DNA from: an uncultured Acidobacteriota bacterium
GTDB taxonomy: Bacteria; Acidobacteriota; Thermoanaerobaculia; Gp7-AA8
Reading direction: 5' to 3'
Length of the DNA: 64,000 nt
NCBI GenBank assembly: GCA_937870635.1
Contig: CALMZP010000083.1
Location: forward strand, 5,100 to 69,099
Position numbers and translations under genes: made by a program. Below the pieces are notes generated by a model, which was not told where the DNA came from, ran no database searches, and was given only the letters and a program-made list of their open reading frames with translations. Shown here one piece after another: positions 1 to 9,955 of this stretch (its first letter is position 1; each line of letters opens with the position of its first letter).

Positions 1-485
1 ACGATGATCGTCGTCAGAGCGATGGCGATCGCCAGAACCAGGGACATGTCGGCGCGCCCGAGGGTGCGCGTACGGTAATTCGTGAAGAGATGCGCGAAGC
101 CGCGTGCTACGAGCGGAATCGCCTTGCCCCAGTTCTGCTGGTCCGCGGCGCGATCCGCCAGCGCGAACGTGACGGCAGAGTTTCTGGAATCCAGCGCGGC
201 CGCGGCATCCGTTGCCCACTTCGCGAGATCAGCGTTTCCTTCGCGCGAGGCGCGATTTCCCATCGACGCCGCTGCCGATGCGTACACGGGAAACGTCTTC
301 AGGCCGTAGGCGCGTCCAGCCGTCACGAGCTCGCCAACTTTGGTCGCACCGCTCTCGAGATCACCGTCGCGGGCCGAGTTCGTGGCCTGTGGCCAGATGT
401 CCCGCGGAGGCAGCTCTTCGGCGTTCACCGCGGAAGCGGCGAGCGCGAGGATTGTGAGCACTGTCGCGATGAGGCGCGCTCTCAT
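1..485 (-). CDS. hypothetical secreted protein, partial (continues past window start)
   Basis: Reverse-strand ATG at 483-485 opens an ORF to the window edge with no stop, so it is missing from the ORF track. It begins MRARLIATVLTILALAASAVNA (signal peptide). The start abuts the DUF1844 stop, suggesting translational coupling. Confidence 0.5.
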   Translation of the reverse strand, partial: MRARLIATVLTILALAASAVNAEELPPRDIWPQATNSARDGDLESGATKVGELVTAGRAYGLKTFPVYASAAASMGNRASREGNADLAKWATDAAAALDSRNSAVTFALADRAADQQNWGKAIPLVARGFAHLFTNYRTRTLGRADMSLVLAIAIALTTII

Positions 486-965
486 CTAGATGCTCTTCGT
501 CCGTTTCACGAACGCCAACTTCAGTTCTCCGATGTGCGTGTTCAAGAAATCGTCTTCGTCGGGTGTGAGGTTGCCGGCCGTCTTCTCCTGAAGCAGTGTG
601 AGGATGTCGATCATCTGCCGCGCCGCTGCCACGTCGGGCTTGGCCTGCGGCGCGTAAGGGTTCGAGAGCATCCCGAGACTCATGTAGGCCTGGGCGATCA
701 ATGGCTCGACAAAATTGGCGAACGGAGTTCCAGGACTCGCCGCTTTCTCCGCCACGGATCGACGGCGATCATGCTGCCCCTCGGGCTGTGGCCGCTGCTC
801 GGTCCGCCGCTCCACCGGCGGAGCAGGGGCTGCCGCGGGCGCCGGGCCCGGAGCTGACGCCTTGATCTGTTCACGGAACTCCTCCCGGATCTCCCCTTCG
901 GAAGTGAAGATGCGTTTGTCCGTGACCTTGATGTGTTCCCTCTGCGGTTGCGATTCCTTGGGCAA
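486..965 (-). CDS. DUF1844 domain-containing protein
   Basis: N-terminus (VTDKRIFTSEGE) and C-terminal block (FANFVEPLIAQAYMSLG...IDILTLLQEKTAGNL) match the DUF1844 family pattern from memory. Confidence 0.7.
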   Translation of the reverse strand: MPKESQPQREHIKVTDKRIFTSEGEIREEFREQIKASAPGPAPAAAPAPPVERRTEQRPQPEGQHDRRRSVAEKAASPGTPFANFVEPLIAQAYMSLGMLSNPYAPQAKPDVAAARQMIDILTLLQEKTAGNLTPDEDDFLNTHIGELKLAFVKRTKSI

Positions 966-1145
966 ACCAGCCTCCGCCCATCCCGATGTCGTGTGTAATC
1001 AAGGATTTGGGATATTACCACGCAACTAAGCAATCTTCGAAATGACCAAACGACGCCGTCGGCCCGCCGAATCCGGCAGTCGCGATGTTCCCGTGGGGCG
1101 GAACGATACTGCAACGCGGAAGAGTTTGGCTACCGGCCTCTGAGC

Positions 1146-1177
1146 CTGGACCTTGGACTTTGGACCTTGGACCTTGG
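1146..1177. repeat. tandem GGACCTTG octamer repeat (4 units)
   Basis: Visible in sequence. The same unit forms inverted arms at 42476-42603 and occurs at 34234-34257. Confidence 0.7.
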
Positions 1178-1233
1178 GATCGGGGACGCATGGACCTGAG
1201 GTTAGGCATCGCATCAGGCTAAGATCGCGCGCC

Positions 1234-2355
1234 GTGCGCATTTTCCAGGTCCTCGAGTTCAACCAGTTCACCACCGGTTCGGTCCACCAGATGTTCCAGG
1301 CTGCCGCCGGCCTTCGCGAGCACGGCCATGACGTGACGATCATTACGAGGCCCGGCAAAGTCATGGAGGAGAAGGCTGCGTTGCATGGTGTGGGATTTCG
1401 CGCGCTTCCGATGCGGCATCAATTCGACCTGGCAAGCATTGGCGGCCTGCGGCGCCTCATCGGCGATCTGCGGCCCGACGTCATCCACGTCCACAAGGGG
1501 ATCGCCCATGCGCTGGCACTCGCGGCGACGCTGCGCGATCCGGAGCCCGCATTCGTGGTGAACCGGGGCGTCTCGTTTCCGCTCGACATCTGGAATCGCG
1601 GGAAGTACCGGACGTCGCGGGTCGATCGGATCGTTGCCGTCTGCAGGCAGGTGAAGGACGTCGTTGTGGCCAGCGGCAGGCTGCCCCCGGAGAAGGTGGA
1701 AGTCATCTACGCAGGGACCGACGTCACGCTGTTCGATCCTGCGCGTCACGACCGCCGCGCGTTCCGCCGGGAGAAATCGATTGCCGAGGACAGGTTTCTC
1801 ATCGCGCAGGTGGGCATTCGCGACTGGAAGGGATGGCGGGAAGTGATCGACGCGGTCGCCGAGATCGCGCCGGTCCACGATCGAGTGCACGTCGCACTCA
1901 TCGGCAATCTCACGCGCGTTGCAGAGCTGAGACAGTACGCGGAAGAACGCGGCGTCGCCGGCCGCGTGACGCCCGTGGAATATCGAATGGACATGCCGAA
2001 TGTCTTCGCGTCGTGCGATCTGGTCGTCGACGCCTCGTGGGCAGGCACAGGCGTGACGGGGACGATTCGCGAGGCGATGGCAATGCAAAAGCCCGTCATC
2101 GCGACGAACGCCGGCGGAAACGACGAGCTGCTGTCCACTCCCGAAGTCGGATGGCTCGTGCCGGTGCGCGATCACGCCGCGCTGACGCGCGCGATTACAG
2201 AGGTCATCGAAAATCCCGACCGCGCTGCCGCAGTGGGGAAGAACGCGCGCAAGCACGTCGTGGAAGGCTTCTCGAAGGAGCGCCGGATCACGCGCCTGCA
2301 GGATCTGTACGGGGAGATTCTGGAGGCGAAACGCCGGGCTCGAGCAGATCGATAG
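1234..2355 (+). CDS. glycosyltransferase family 4 (GT1/GT4 fold)
   Basis: N-terminal MRIFQVLEF...GG motif region and C-terminal EX7E-type region (GTIREAMAMQKPVIAT, GGNDELL). A GTG at 1234 is the likely start, because the upstream part of the ORF runs through the octamer repeat. Confidence 0.8.
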   Translation: MRIFQVLEFNQFTTGSVHQMFQAAAGLREHGHDVTIITRPGKVMEEKAALHGVGFRALPMRHQFDLASIGGLRRLIGDLRPDVIHVHKGIAHALALAATLRDPEPAFVVNRGVSFPLDIWNRGKYRTSRVDRIVAVCRQVKDVVVASGRLPPEKVEVIYAGTDVTLFDPARHDRRAFRREKSIAEDRFLIAQVGIRDWKGWREVIDAVAEIAPVHDRVHVALIGNLTRVAELRQYAEERGVAGRVTPVEYRMDMPNVFASCDLVVDASWAGTGVTGTIREAMAMQKPVIATNAGGNDELLSTPEVGWLVPVRDHAALTRAITEVIENPDRAAAVGKNARKHVVEGFSKERRITRLQDLYGEILEAKRRARADR

Positions 2356-2781
2356 GATCGCCGCTCCCGGTCTCGACTGACATGCGCGTGTAGGTCCAGC
2401 GGCCTTCCTTCGCTGAACCTTCGACGGCGATGAATCCGTCGCCTTTCGGTCCCGAGATCGGGATCTTGAAGTCCGCTGCACCCTCGTTGCTCAGGTCGAC
2501 GCTTCCGGTAAGCCACCATCGCGGTTGGATGGGCGTTCCCAGACGCTCGACGACAGCCGGATTGGCTCGTGCGCGTTCGAGCGCTTCGCTGTATGGCTCG
2601 CTGGACCGGATCGCCGAGACGGCAAACCAGGCGATGCCGGCCACACAGCCGCCGAAAAGGATGATGGGCAGGAGACATCCCACCGGTACAACCCACTTCC
2701 AGTTGCGCGACCACCAGCCGCCGCGAGGAGGCGGAGGGGGAGGCGACATCGGGGACTGAGGTTTCGTGTAGTCGATCGTCA
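2288..2781 (-). CDS. membrane-anchored Coa1/DUF1783-like protein (Pro-rich N-term, single TM)
   Basis: Pattern WWSRNWKWVVPVGCLLPIILFGGCV then ...PISGPKGDGFIAVEGSAKEGRWTY resembles cytochrome oxidase assembly Coa1-like proteins. Start taken at the internal Met MTIDYTK, because the upstream extension overlaps the palindromic element. Confidence 0.5.
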
Positions 2782-2808
2782 TGATGTTTCCCGGTGAATT
2801 CGCAACTG

Positions 2809-2907
2809 TGTCATCTCGAGCGTGAGCGAGGGACCTGGGGGTGGGAGGTACGAACGTCGTGCCTCGTGCCACCCGTTCCCCCAGGTCCCTCGCTCACGTC
2901 GGGATGA
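2809..2907. repeat. palindromic element (gtcatctcgagcgtgagcgagggacctggggg ... cccccaggtccctcgctcacgtcgggatgac)
   Basis: Near-perfect inverted repeat with about 30-nt arms. A half-copy of the right arm recurs at 61277-61327. Confidence 0.7.
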
Positions 2908-2922
2908 CGGGCTTTCTAAGCG

Positions 2923-3871
2923 TTATGCGCCCTCTGCCAGGGCCACCACATGTTCCGCCACACTGGAGGCCAGACCTTCCATATCGTAACCCCCTTCCAG
3001 CAGAGAGAGGACGCGCCCGTCGCAATGACGCTCGGCCGCCTCGACGATGCGGCGCGTGATCTCTCCGTAGGCGTGCTCGGTGACTTTCATGCCGCCGAGC
3101 GGATCGCGGCGGTGGGCGTCGAAGCCGGAAGAAAGAAGGATCGCGTTCGGACGGAAATGGTCGATGACGCGCACGATGCGATCCTCTACGGCGCGCATGT
3201 ATGCCGTGTCACCTTCGCCTTCCTCCATTGGAAGGTTCAGCGTGAAACCCCGTCCCGATCCGGTTCCGATCTCATCGGCACCTCCCGTTCCGGGATAGAA
3301 CGGGTAGCGGTGCATCGAAGCGTAAAACACGTCCTGGCGCTCTTCGAACAGCGACTGAGTGCCGTTGCCGTGGTGAACGTCGAAGTCGAAGACGAACACG
3401 CGCTCGATCCCTTCGATCTCGCGCAGCCATTCCGCGACGCAGGCCACGGTGTTGAAGAAACAGAATCCCATCGCCCGCGAGCGCTCCGCGTGGTGTCCGG
3501 GCGGACGCGCAACGATGAACGCTCGTTTCGACGCCTTCCTCTCCCAGATGTCTTCGGCCGCTGCAATCGAGGTGGCGACCGCCGCGCGCGCCGCGGCGAA
3601 CGTCGCCGAGGAGATGGGATTGTCGAGCGAATGGAAGAGGCGCATGCCGCCGCGGCACGCCTCGTCGAGTTCGCGCTCGTAATCGCGTGAATGGGTCTTC
3701 GCGATGATCCGGCCGCTGTCGGGGTGAATGTCGATGTCGCGGATCAGGGTTCCGGTCTGCCCCGCTCGGCCGACGCCGCTCAGTGCCGCGTCGAGGCGGG
3801 TCGCCGACTCGGGATGTCCGATTCCGGTATCGTGTCGATAGAACACGCTGTTGGTGTAGGTCTTGAGCATC
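2923..3871 (-). CDS. histone deacetylase-family protein (AcuC/HDAC-like)
   Basis: Motifs ARPPGHHA, FCFFN, FDFDVHHGNG, FYPGTGG, SSGFDAHRRDPLG. Start at MLKTYTNS (cat at 3869-3871). Confidence 0.85.
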
Positions 3872-3885
3872 ACTGATCGCTGATC

Positions 3886-4938
3886 GTGAAGAAAACAAAA
3901 CAACCCTGGAAGCGCTTCCTGCAGATTAGCGCGATCGCGGCTCTGACGATTTTTTTCCTGTGGCTGTTCCTGCGGAACGCGAACCTGCGGGAGGTCTGGC
4001 AGATCATCCGGAAAACGAGCGTGTTCTGGCTGTCGGTCGCCCTCGTCACGAATCTCGCGGCGCTTTTCTTCCGTACGTTCCGGTGGCGGATCATCCTCGA
4101 TCCGGATGACCCTCCGCCGTTCTATCCGACGTTCTTTGCGAACACCGTCGGGTACATGCTCTCCACGATTCTTCCCATCCGTGCCGCCGATGTGGCGCGT
4201 CCCGCGCTTCTGGCGCGGCGCACCACGCATCGATTCTCGGGCGCACTGGGCACGGTGCTGACCGAGCGGGTCCTCGATCTCTGTACGATCCTCCTTCTCT
4301 TCGTCTATTTCGCGGCGAGGCGGTGGAACGAGTTCTCGCACGATCCGGAGACTGCCCGGTGGTTCTTCGTCGTCAAGGCCGGCGCAATTGCGTCGGGCGT
4401 GCTTCTCACCGCGATGACTGTGCTGCTGGTCGGGGTGTTCTTCTTCCGGGAAAACATCCGGCGCGTGCACGCGATCCTCGGCCGCCTGATTCCGCATCGG
4501 TTTCGCGAATCGTGGATGCACTTCTTCGATTCCTTTGCGGCGACGTTGACGATCGCCAGCCACCGGTCGGCATTCGTCAAAGTGCTGTTGTGCACGGCAG
4601 GTATCTGGGGTTGTCTCACCGGACAGTTCTATTTCACCGTGCGGGCGCTCGACAGGCCGCTGCCGTGGGACGCGAGCATCTTCGTGACCGGCGTGACGAC
4701 CGTCGGTCTGGCCATCCCGACACCGGGCGGTGTCGGAGGGTTTCACAAGGCCTGTCAGCTCGTTCTGACGCGCTTCTATGCGTTCGACATCGACCTGTCC
4801 GTCGCCACGGCGGTGCTGTTCCACGTCGTCGGCACGGCGCCGGTCATCATCACCGGCCTCCTGCTTTTTGCCAGGGAAGGTCTCCGCTGGAGGGATGTGA
4901 CGCGCAGCGTGGAGACGACCGCCGAAACCGACGTGTGA
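3886..4938 (+). CDS. flippase-like / lysylphosphatidylglycerol-synthase TM-domain (UPF0104) membrane protein
   Basis: Polytopic membrane protein with the family-typical GG...PTPGGVGG block near the C-terminus. GTG start at 3886. Confidence 0.7.
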   Translation: MKKTKQPWKRFLQISAIAALTIFFLWLFLRNANLREVWQIIRKTSVFWLSVALVTNLAALFFRTFRWRIILDPDDPPPFYPTFFANTVGYMLSTILPIRAADVARPALLARRTTHRFSGALGTVLTERVLDLCTILLLFVYFAARRWNEFSHDPETARWFFVVKAGAIASGVLLTAMTVLLVGVFFFRENIRRVHAILGRLIPHRFRESWMHFFDSFAATLTIASHRSAFVKVLLCTAGIWGCLTGQFYFTVRALDRPLPWDASIFVTGVTTVGLAIPTPGGVGGFHKACQLVLTRFYAFDIDLSVATAVLFHVVGTAPVIITGLLLFAREGLRWRDVTRSVETTAETDV

Positions 4939-4973
4939 GCGGCGCGCACACGAGGCTGTGATATACGGGCGCC

Positions 4974-5420
4974 ATGCGTTGCCCGTTCTGCGGGACTACG
5001 GAGGATCGGGTGGTCGACTCGCGGGAGAGCCGCGAGGGCGACGTCATTCGCCGTCGGCGGGAGTGCACGTCGTGCGGGCGCCGTTTCACCAGCTACGAGA
5101 AGATCGAGCAGCTGCCGTTTCAGGTCATCAAGCGCGACCAGCGCCGCGAGCCGTACGATCGGGACAAGCTGATGCGCGGACTGCAGGTTGCGTGTCGAAA
5201 ACGAGCCATCTCGCAGGCGGATCTGGACCGGATCGCCGACGCCATCGAGGCAGGCATGCAGGAGTCGGGAGAGCGGGAGATCGCCAGCCAGAACATCGGC
5301 CGCAGCGTGATGGAGAAGCTGAAGGATCTCGATCCGGTCGCGTATGTCAGGTTTGCCTCCGTTTACCGCGGGTTCGAGGATGTCGACGCGTTCGTGAAAG
5401 AGTTGCATCAACTGAAATGA
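4974..5420 (+). CDS. nrdR: transcriptional repressor NrdR
   Basis: MRCPFCG...Zn ribbon followed by an ATP-cone; classic NrdR N-terminus. Confidence 0.95.
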   Translation: MRCPFCGTTEDRVVDSRESREGDVIRRRRECTSCGRRFTSYEKIEQLPFQVIKRDQRREPYDRDKLMRGLQVACRKRAISQADLDRIADAIEAGMQESGEREIASQNIGRSVMEKLKDLDPVAYVRFASVYRGFEDVDAFVKELHQLK

Positions 5421-5484
5421 GAGCCAATCCCGGGAACAGCCGTTGCAGGGATTGCCACATGGTCCCTTTCCTTGTGAGGTCGAA

Positions 5485-7950
5485 ATGACTGACGCGAACG
5501 AAACCGCGAAAGAAGAGGCAATCAAGATCCCCGACGTGCTTCCGGTCCTTCCGCTGAAGGACCTGGTGATCTTTCCGTTCATCATCGTGCCGCTGTCCGT
5601 GTCGCGGGAGAAGTCGATCAACGCCGTGGACCAGGCGCTCGCCGAAAACCGCGTGATCATGCTGACCGCGCAGAAGGACTTCCAGAACGAGGATCCGGGA
5701 GAGGAGGATCTCTATCGGGTCGGAACCGTCGCCATCATCATGCGGATGCTCAAGCTGCCCGACGGGCGCATTCGCATCCTCGTCCAGGGTCTGTCGCGCG
5801 CACGCATCGATTACTTCATCCAGACCGCGCCGTTCTTCAAGGCGAAGATCACCCGGATCGAGGAGCCGATCACCAAGGATCGTCCGCTGGAAGTGGAAGC
5901 TCTGATCCGCTCCGTGAAGCAGAACCTCGATCGTGCCGTCTCTCTCGGCAAGAACATCTCGCCGGAAGTGATGGTCATCGCCGCGAATCTCGACGATCCG
6001 GCGCGCCTCACCGACCTCGCTGCATCGAATCTCGATCTCAAGCTCGAAGAGGCGCAATCGATCCTCGAGACCATCGATCCGATCGAGCGCCTCAAGCGCG
6101 TGAACGAAATGCTGACGCGTGAGATCAACCTCCTCACGATGCAGCAGGAGATCTCCACCGCCGCCCAGGGCGAGATGAACAAGAGTCAGCGCGAATACTT
6201 CCTGCGCCAGCAGCTCAAAGCCATCCAGTCCGAGCTGGGCGAAGGCGAAGAGCTGGCCGAAGAGGTCGAGAACTATCGCAAGAAGATCGAGGAAAAGCAG
6301 ATCCCGCAGGAAGCGCGCGAGGAAGTCGAGAAGCAGATCAAGCGTCTGGAGCGCTCGCATCCCGATTCAGCAGAGACGTCGATCATCCGCACGTACCTCG
6401 ACTGGATGACCGGTCTGCCGTGGGGAGTTCATTCGCAGGACAACCACGATCTGGCCCGCGCCCGCGAGATCCTCGACGAAGACCACTACGACCTCGAGAA
6501 GATCAAGGAGCGCATCCTCGAGTATCTCGCCGTGCGCAAGCTCAAAGGCACGAAGATGAAGGGGCCCATCCTCTGCTTCGTCGGCCCCCCTGGTGTCGGA
6601 AAGACGTCGCTGGGACGCTCCATCGCCCGCGCCCTCGACCGCAAATTCGTCCGCATCTCCCTCGGTGGCGTGCGTGACGAAGCGGAAGTGCGCGGACACC
6701 GCCGCACCTACGTCGGCGCCCTGCCCGGCCGCATCATCCAGGGCATCAATCAGGCGCAGACCGGAAACCCCGTCTTCATGCTGGACGAGGTGGACAAGAT
6801 CGGCGCGGACTATCGCGGCGATCCTTCATCGGCTCTGCTCGAAGTCCTCGATCCCGAGCAGAACTTCTCATTCCGCGACCACTATCTCGGCGTTCCGTAC
6901 GACCTGTCGAACGTCATGTTCATCGTCACGGCGAACGTGCTCGACACCATTCAGCCGGCGTTTCTCGACCGCATGGAAGTCATCCGCCTCTCCGGCTACA
7001 CCGATGAAGAGAAGCTGATGATCGCCAAGCAGCACATCATCCCGAAGCAGATGGAAGAGAACGGCATCAGCAAGGTCGATGTGGTGTGGACCGACTCCGG
7101 AATCATGCGCATCACCACCGGCTATACGAAGGAAGCCGGGCTGCGAAACCTCGAGCGCGAGATCGGCACCGTCTGCCGCAAGATCGCCGTTCGCGTTGCA
7201 GAGGGGAAGGACGACAAGACCTACAAGATCACCGACGCCAACGTCGACCAGTTCCTCGGCCCCATGAAGCATTTCGCCGAAGAGCTGCTCGAGCGCGATC
7301 AGGTCGGCGTGGCCACGGGCCTCGCCTGGACGGCCGTCGGCGGCGACATCCTCTTCATCGAAGTCACGGCCGTGCGCGGCAAGGGCAAGTTGTCACTGAC
7401 CGGCCAGCTCGGCGACGTGATGAAAGAGTCGGCGCAGGCCGCACTGACCTACGCGCGCGCTCATGCCGACGAGAACGGAATTCCGCCGGACTATTTCGAG
7501 ACGCACGACATCCACATTCACGTGCCCGCGGGCGCCATTCCGAAGGATGGCCCCTCCGCCGGCATCACGATCACGACGGCCATCATCTCCGTTCTGACGG
7601 GACACCCGGTCCGGCGCAACGTGGCCATGACCGGCGAGGTCACGTTGCGCGGCGATGTTCTCCCGATCGGCGGGGTGAAGGAAAAGGTCCTCGCCGCTCG
7701 CGCGGCGAAGATCGCCACCGTCATCCTGCCGAAGCTCAACGAGCGCGATCTCGTCGACGTTCCAGAGCCGATCAAACGCGACATGACGTTCTACTTCGTC
7801 GAGCACGTCGAGGACGTACTGAAGATCGCGTTGCTAGAGCCGACGGCCGCCGAACAGAAGACGACCGAGCGTCAGGGACGAGAGTCGAAACCGCTCGCCA
7901 CGCCGGAAGCTCCGTCCGAGCACCCGGTGCCGGTCGGTCAGCCCGGATAG
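5485..7950 (+). CDS. lon: ATP-dependent Lon protease
   Basis: Lon N-domain, Walker A GPPGVGKTS, and protease active site PKDGPSAGIT. Start at the MTDANE Met. Confidence 0.95.
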   Translation: MTDANETAKEEAIKIPDVLPVLPLKDLVIFPFIIVPLSVSREKSINAVDQALAENRVIMLTAQKDFQNEDPGEEDLYRVGTVAIIMRMLKLPDGRIRILVQGLSRARIDYFIQTAPFFKAKITRIEEPITKDRPLEVEALIRSVKQNLDRAVSLGKNISPEVMVIAANLDDPARLTDLAASNLDLKLEEAQSILETIDPIERLKRVNEMLTREINLLTMQQEISTAAQGEMNKSQREYFLRQQLKAIQSELGEGEELAEEVENYRKKIEEKQIPQEAREEVEKQIKRLERSHPDSAETSIIRTYLDWMTGLPWGVHSQDNHDLARAREILDEDHYDLEKIKERILEYLAVRKLKGTKMKGPILCFVGPPGVGKTSLGRSIARALDRKFVRISLGGVRDEAEVRGHRRTYVGALPGRIIQGINQAQTGNPVFMLDEVDKIGADYRGDPSSALLEVLDPEQNFSFRDHYLGVPYDLSNVMFIVTANVLDTIQPAFLDRMEVIRLSGYTDEEKLMIAKQHIIPKQMEENGISKVDVVWTDSGIMRITTGYTKEAGLRNLEREIGTVCRKIAVRVAEGKDDKTYKITDANVDQFLGPMKHFAEELLERDQVGVATGLAWTAVGGDILFIEVTAVRGKGKLSLTGQLGDVMKESAQAALTYARAHADENGIPPDYFETHDIHIHVPAGAIPKDGPSAGITITTAIISVLTGHPVRRNVAMTGEVTLRGDVLPIGGVKEKVLAARAAKIATVILPKLNERDLVDVPEPIKRDMTFYFVEHVEDVLKIALLEPTAAEQKTTERQGRESKPLATPEAPSEHPVPVGQPG

Positions 7951-8046
7951 TGGAGAGCGGGCGATCCCGCCCCCGTTCCTGATAAGGAAAGTGGAGCGCG
8001 GGCGGCCTCGCCCGCGTTCCTATCCGCGCGGGGAGATCGCTCGCTG
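7951..8046. terminator. pair of GC-rich hairpins between convergent lon and bioY
   Basis: Two imperfect about 38-nt units, each with the stem gcgggcg(a/g)(t/c)c(c/t)cgccc(gc), followed by gttcct. No clean U-tract, so this is weak. Confidence 0.35.
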
Positions 8047-8601
8047 TGCGAACGGCAGCATCGCCGCTGCCAGCGCAATCTTCACCACGTCCGCGAGAAT
8101 GAACGGCGCGACGCCGGCGACGAATGCGGTGCGCCCGTCGGTGAGTGCCGCGAACCAGCTCCACCCGCCGGCATAGACCACGGCCAGCGCGATCAGCATT
8201 CCCGTCACCGCGCGCATTGCCGAGCTTCCCCATCCGCGCTCCGAGAACCACCCGGCGATGAAGGCCGCGAAGGGATAGGAGAAGAGATATCCGGCCGTCG
8301 GTCCGGCCAGCCACATCGCTCCGCCGCGTCCCATCGCGAACACAGGCAAGCCGCTCGCGCCCTCCAGAAGATAGAGGACCGCCGCGGCCGCTCCGCGGCT
8401 GGCTCCCAGAACCACACCGACCAGGAGGACGGCGATGGGCTGCAGAGTGAGCGGAACCGGTGAGAACGGCACCGGTATTGAAACCTGTGCGGCGATGGCG
8501 ATCAGCGCAGATCCTGCGAGGACGAAGAGGGCGTCGAAAGCGACGCGTCCGCGAACCAGGCGCTCATTCAGTGTGTACGGGATCGTCAGTGCTCGATTCA
8601 T
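8020..8601 (-). CDS. bioY: biotin transporter BioY
   Basis: BioY-like membrane protein (LVGVVLGASRGAAAAVLYLLEGASGLPVFA). Start at MNRALTIPY. Confidence 0.8.
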   Translation of the reverse strand: MNRALTIPYTLNERLVRGRVAFDALFVLAGSALIAIAAQVSIPVPFSPVPLTLQPIAVLLVGVVLGASRGAAAAVLYLLEGASGLPVFAMGRGGAMWLAGPTAGYLFSYPFAAFIAGWFSERGWGSSAMRAVTGMLIALAVVYAGGWSWFAALTDGRTAFVAGVAPFILADVVKIALAAAMLPFAQRAISPRG

Positions 8602-8640
8602 GGAGCAAAGCATAACCTCTTTGGTTCGTCGCGAGGTAGA

Positions 8641-9249
8641 GTGACCGTGATGACGAGAAGCCCCCTGCTTTCTGGCCTTTGCCTGCTGCTGACGGCGGTC
8701 GTCCTCGCTTCGTGCGACCCCGGAACGCTGACCGCTGAGAAGGCGGAAAGCATCCTCCGCGTCAAGGAGCTCCGCCCCGAGCCCGTCTACGCCGAGGTGC
8801 CGCAACGCGTCTGGTGGAATGCGAAGGCGCCGAGGGACGACTACGACGGGAAGGCACTCAAGACTCTGCGGAATCTCGAGGCAGCCGGCCTGCTCACCGT
8901 CACCGGCGGCGAAAACCCCGATGGCTCAGCTGAGTATCGCGCGAAGGTCACGGAGAAGGGTTTCCGCATTCTCGGTACGTCGCCGAGCAATCGCGGCCCC
9001 GCTTTCCGGGCGCAGGTTGCGCTGAAGGTATACGACGGCATCCGGAACTTTCAGCGTCATCCCAACGAGAAGACCACCGGCAGCGCGGAGCTGATCTGGC
9101 ACTACGAGAAGCCGACTGCTCTCTATCCTCTCTTCGAGACGAAGATCAACAAGCCGCTCAACAAGCCGTTCATCTCCCAGGTCTCGTTCTTCTTCAAGGA
9201 CAACGCCTGGCGGTTTGACGTGACGGTGCCGAAGCTGGAAGCGGAGTAG
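8641..9249 (+). CDS. hypothetical lipoprotein
   Basis: Signal peptide and lipobox (LLLTAVVLASC). No recognisable domain. Confidence 0.55.
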   Translation: MTVMTRSPLLSGLCLLLTAVVLASCDPGTLTAEKAESILRVKELRPEPVYAEVPQRVWWNAKAPRDDYDGKALKTLRNLEAAGLLTVTGGENPDGSAEYRAKVTEKGFRILGTSPSNRGPAFRAQVALKVYDGIRNFQRHPNEKTTGSAELIWHYEKPTALYPLFETKINKPLNKPFISQVSFFFKDNAWRFDVTVPKLEAE

Positions 9250-9280
9250 CAGTCCAGCAGGCTTCGCTCAGGATAAACTT

Positions 9281-9955
9281 CTACCGTCGCATCCAGCGGA
9301 TGCCGCCGGCTCCCGCGATGACCGCTTCGGTCGCTTCGGTCGGAAAGAAGCCGGTCTCGACGACACCGGCGAGTGCGCGCATTTCGTCGACGACCTGGGC
9401 GATGTCCTTTGACGCCGGCACACGCACATCGAGGATGACGTTGCCTTCGTCTGTGATCCGCATCGAGCCGTCGCGCATCCGCAGGACGGGATCGAGTCCC
9501 ATCTCAGCGAAACGTTTCGTCAGCACTTCGCGGGCGAACGGCGTAACTTCCACCGGAAGAAGTCCCGCCCCCAGCCGCTCGACGATTTTCGATTCGTCGG
9601 CGATGACGATGAACCGCCGCGCCTGCTGCTCGACGATCTTCTCGCGCAGCAGAGCGCCGCCCCGCCCCTTGATGAGCCGCAGCTTCGCGTCGATCTCATC
9701 GGCACCGTCGACCGCGAGATCGAGCGGCGCCACATCGGCGAGCGCAAACATCGGAATGCCGGCTTCGCTCGCGACCTTTTCCGTCTGCTCGGATGTGGAT
9801 GTGCAGCGGATGTCCTTCAGCACCCCGTTCCGCATCGATTCACCGAGCAGCTTCACGAACTCCGACGCCGTCGTCCCCGTACCGAGGCCGAGGCGCATTC
9901 CGCTGCGGACTTGATCGAGCGCGGCGCGTGCCGCTGCCACTTTGAGATCGGACAT
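9281..9955 (-). CDS. rpiA: ribose-5-phosphate isomerase A
   Basis: GLGTGTT, DGADE and KGRGGALLREK motifs. Confidence 0.9.
   Translation of the reverse strand: MSDLKVAAARAALDQVRSGMRLGLGTGTTASEFVKLLGESMRNGVLKDIRCTSTSEQTEKVASEAGIPMFALADVAPLDLAVDGADEIDAKLRLIKGRGGALLREKIVEQQARRFIVIADESKIVERLGAGLLPVEVTPFAREVLTKRFAEMGLDPVLRMRDGSMRITDEGNVILDVRVPASKDIAQVVDEMRALAGVVETGFFPTEATEAVIAGAGGIRWMRR

Noticed and set aside
90-857. 255-aa + strand ORF at the window start
   Set aside because: Arg/Cys-rich with no motifs. The opposite strand encodes a signal-peptide protein and a DUF1844 protein with coupled stop/start.
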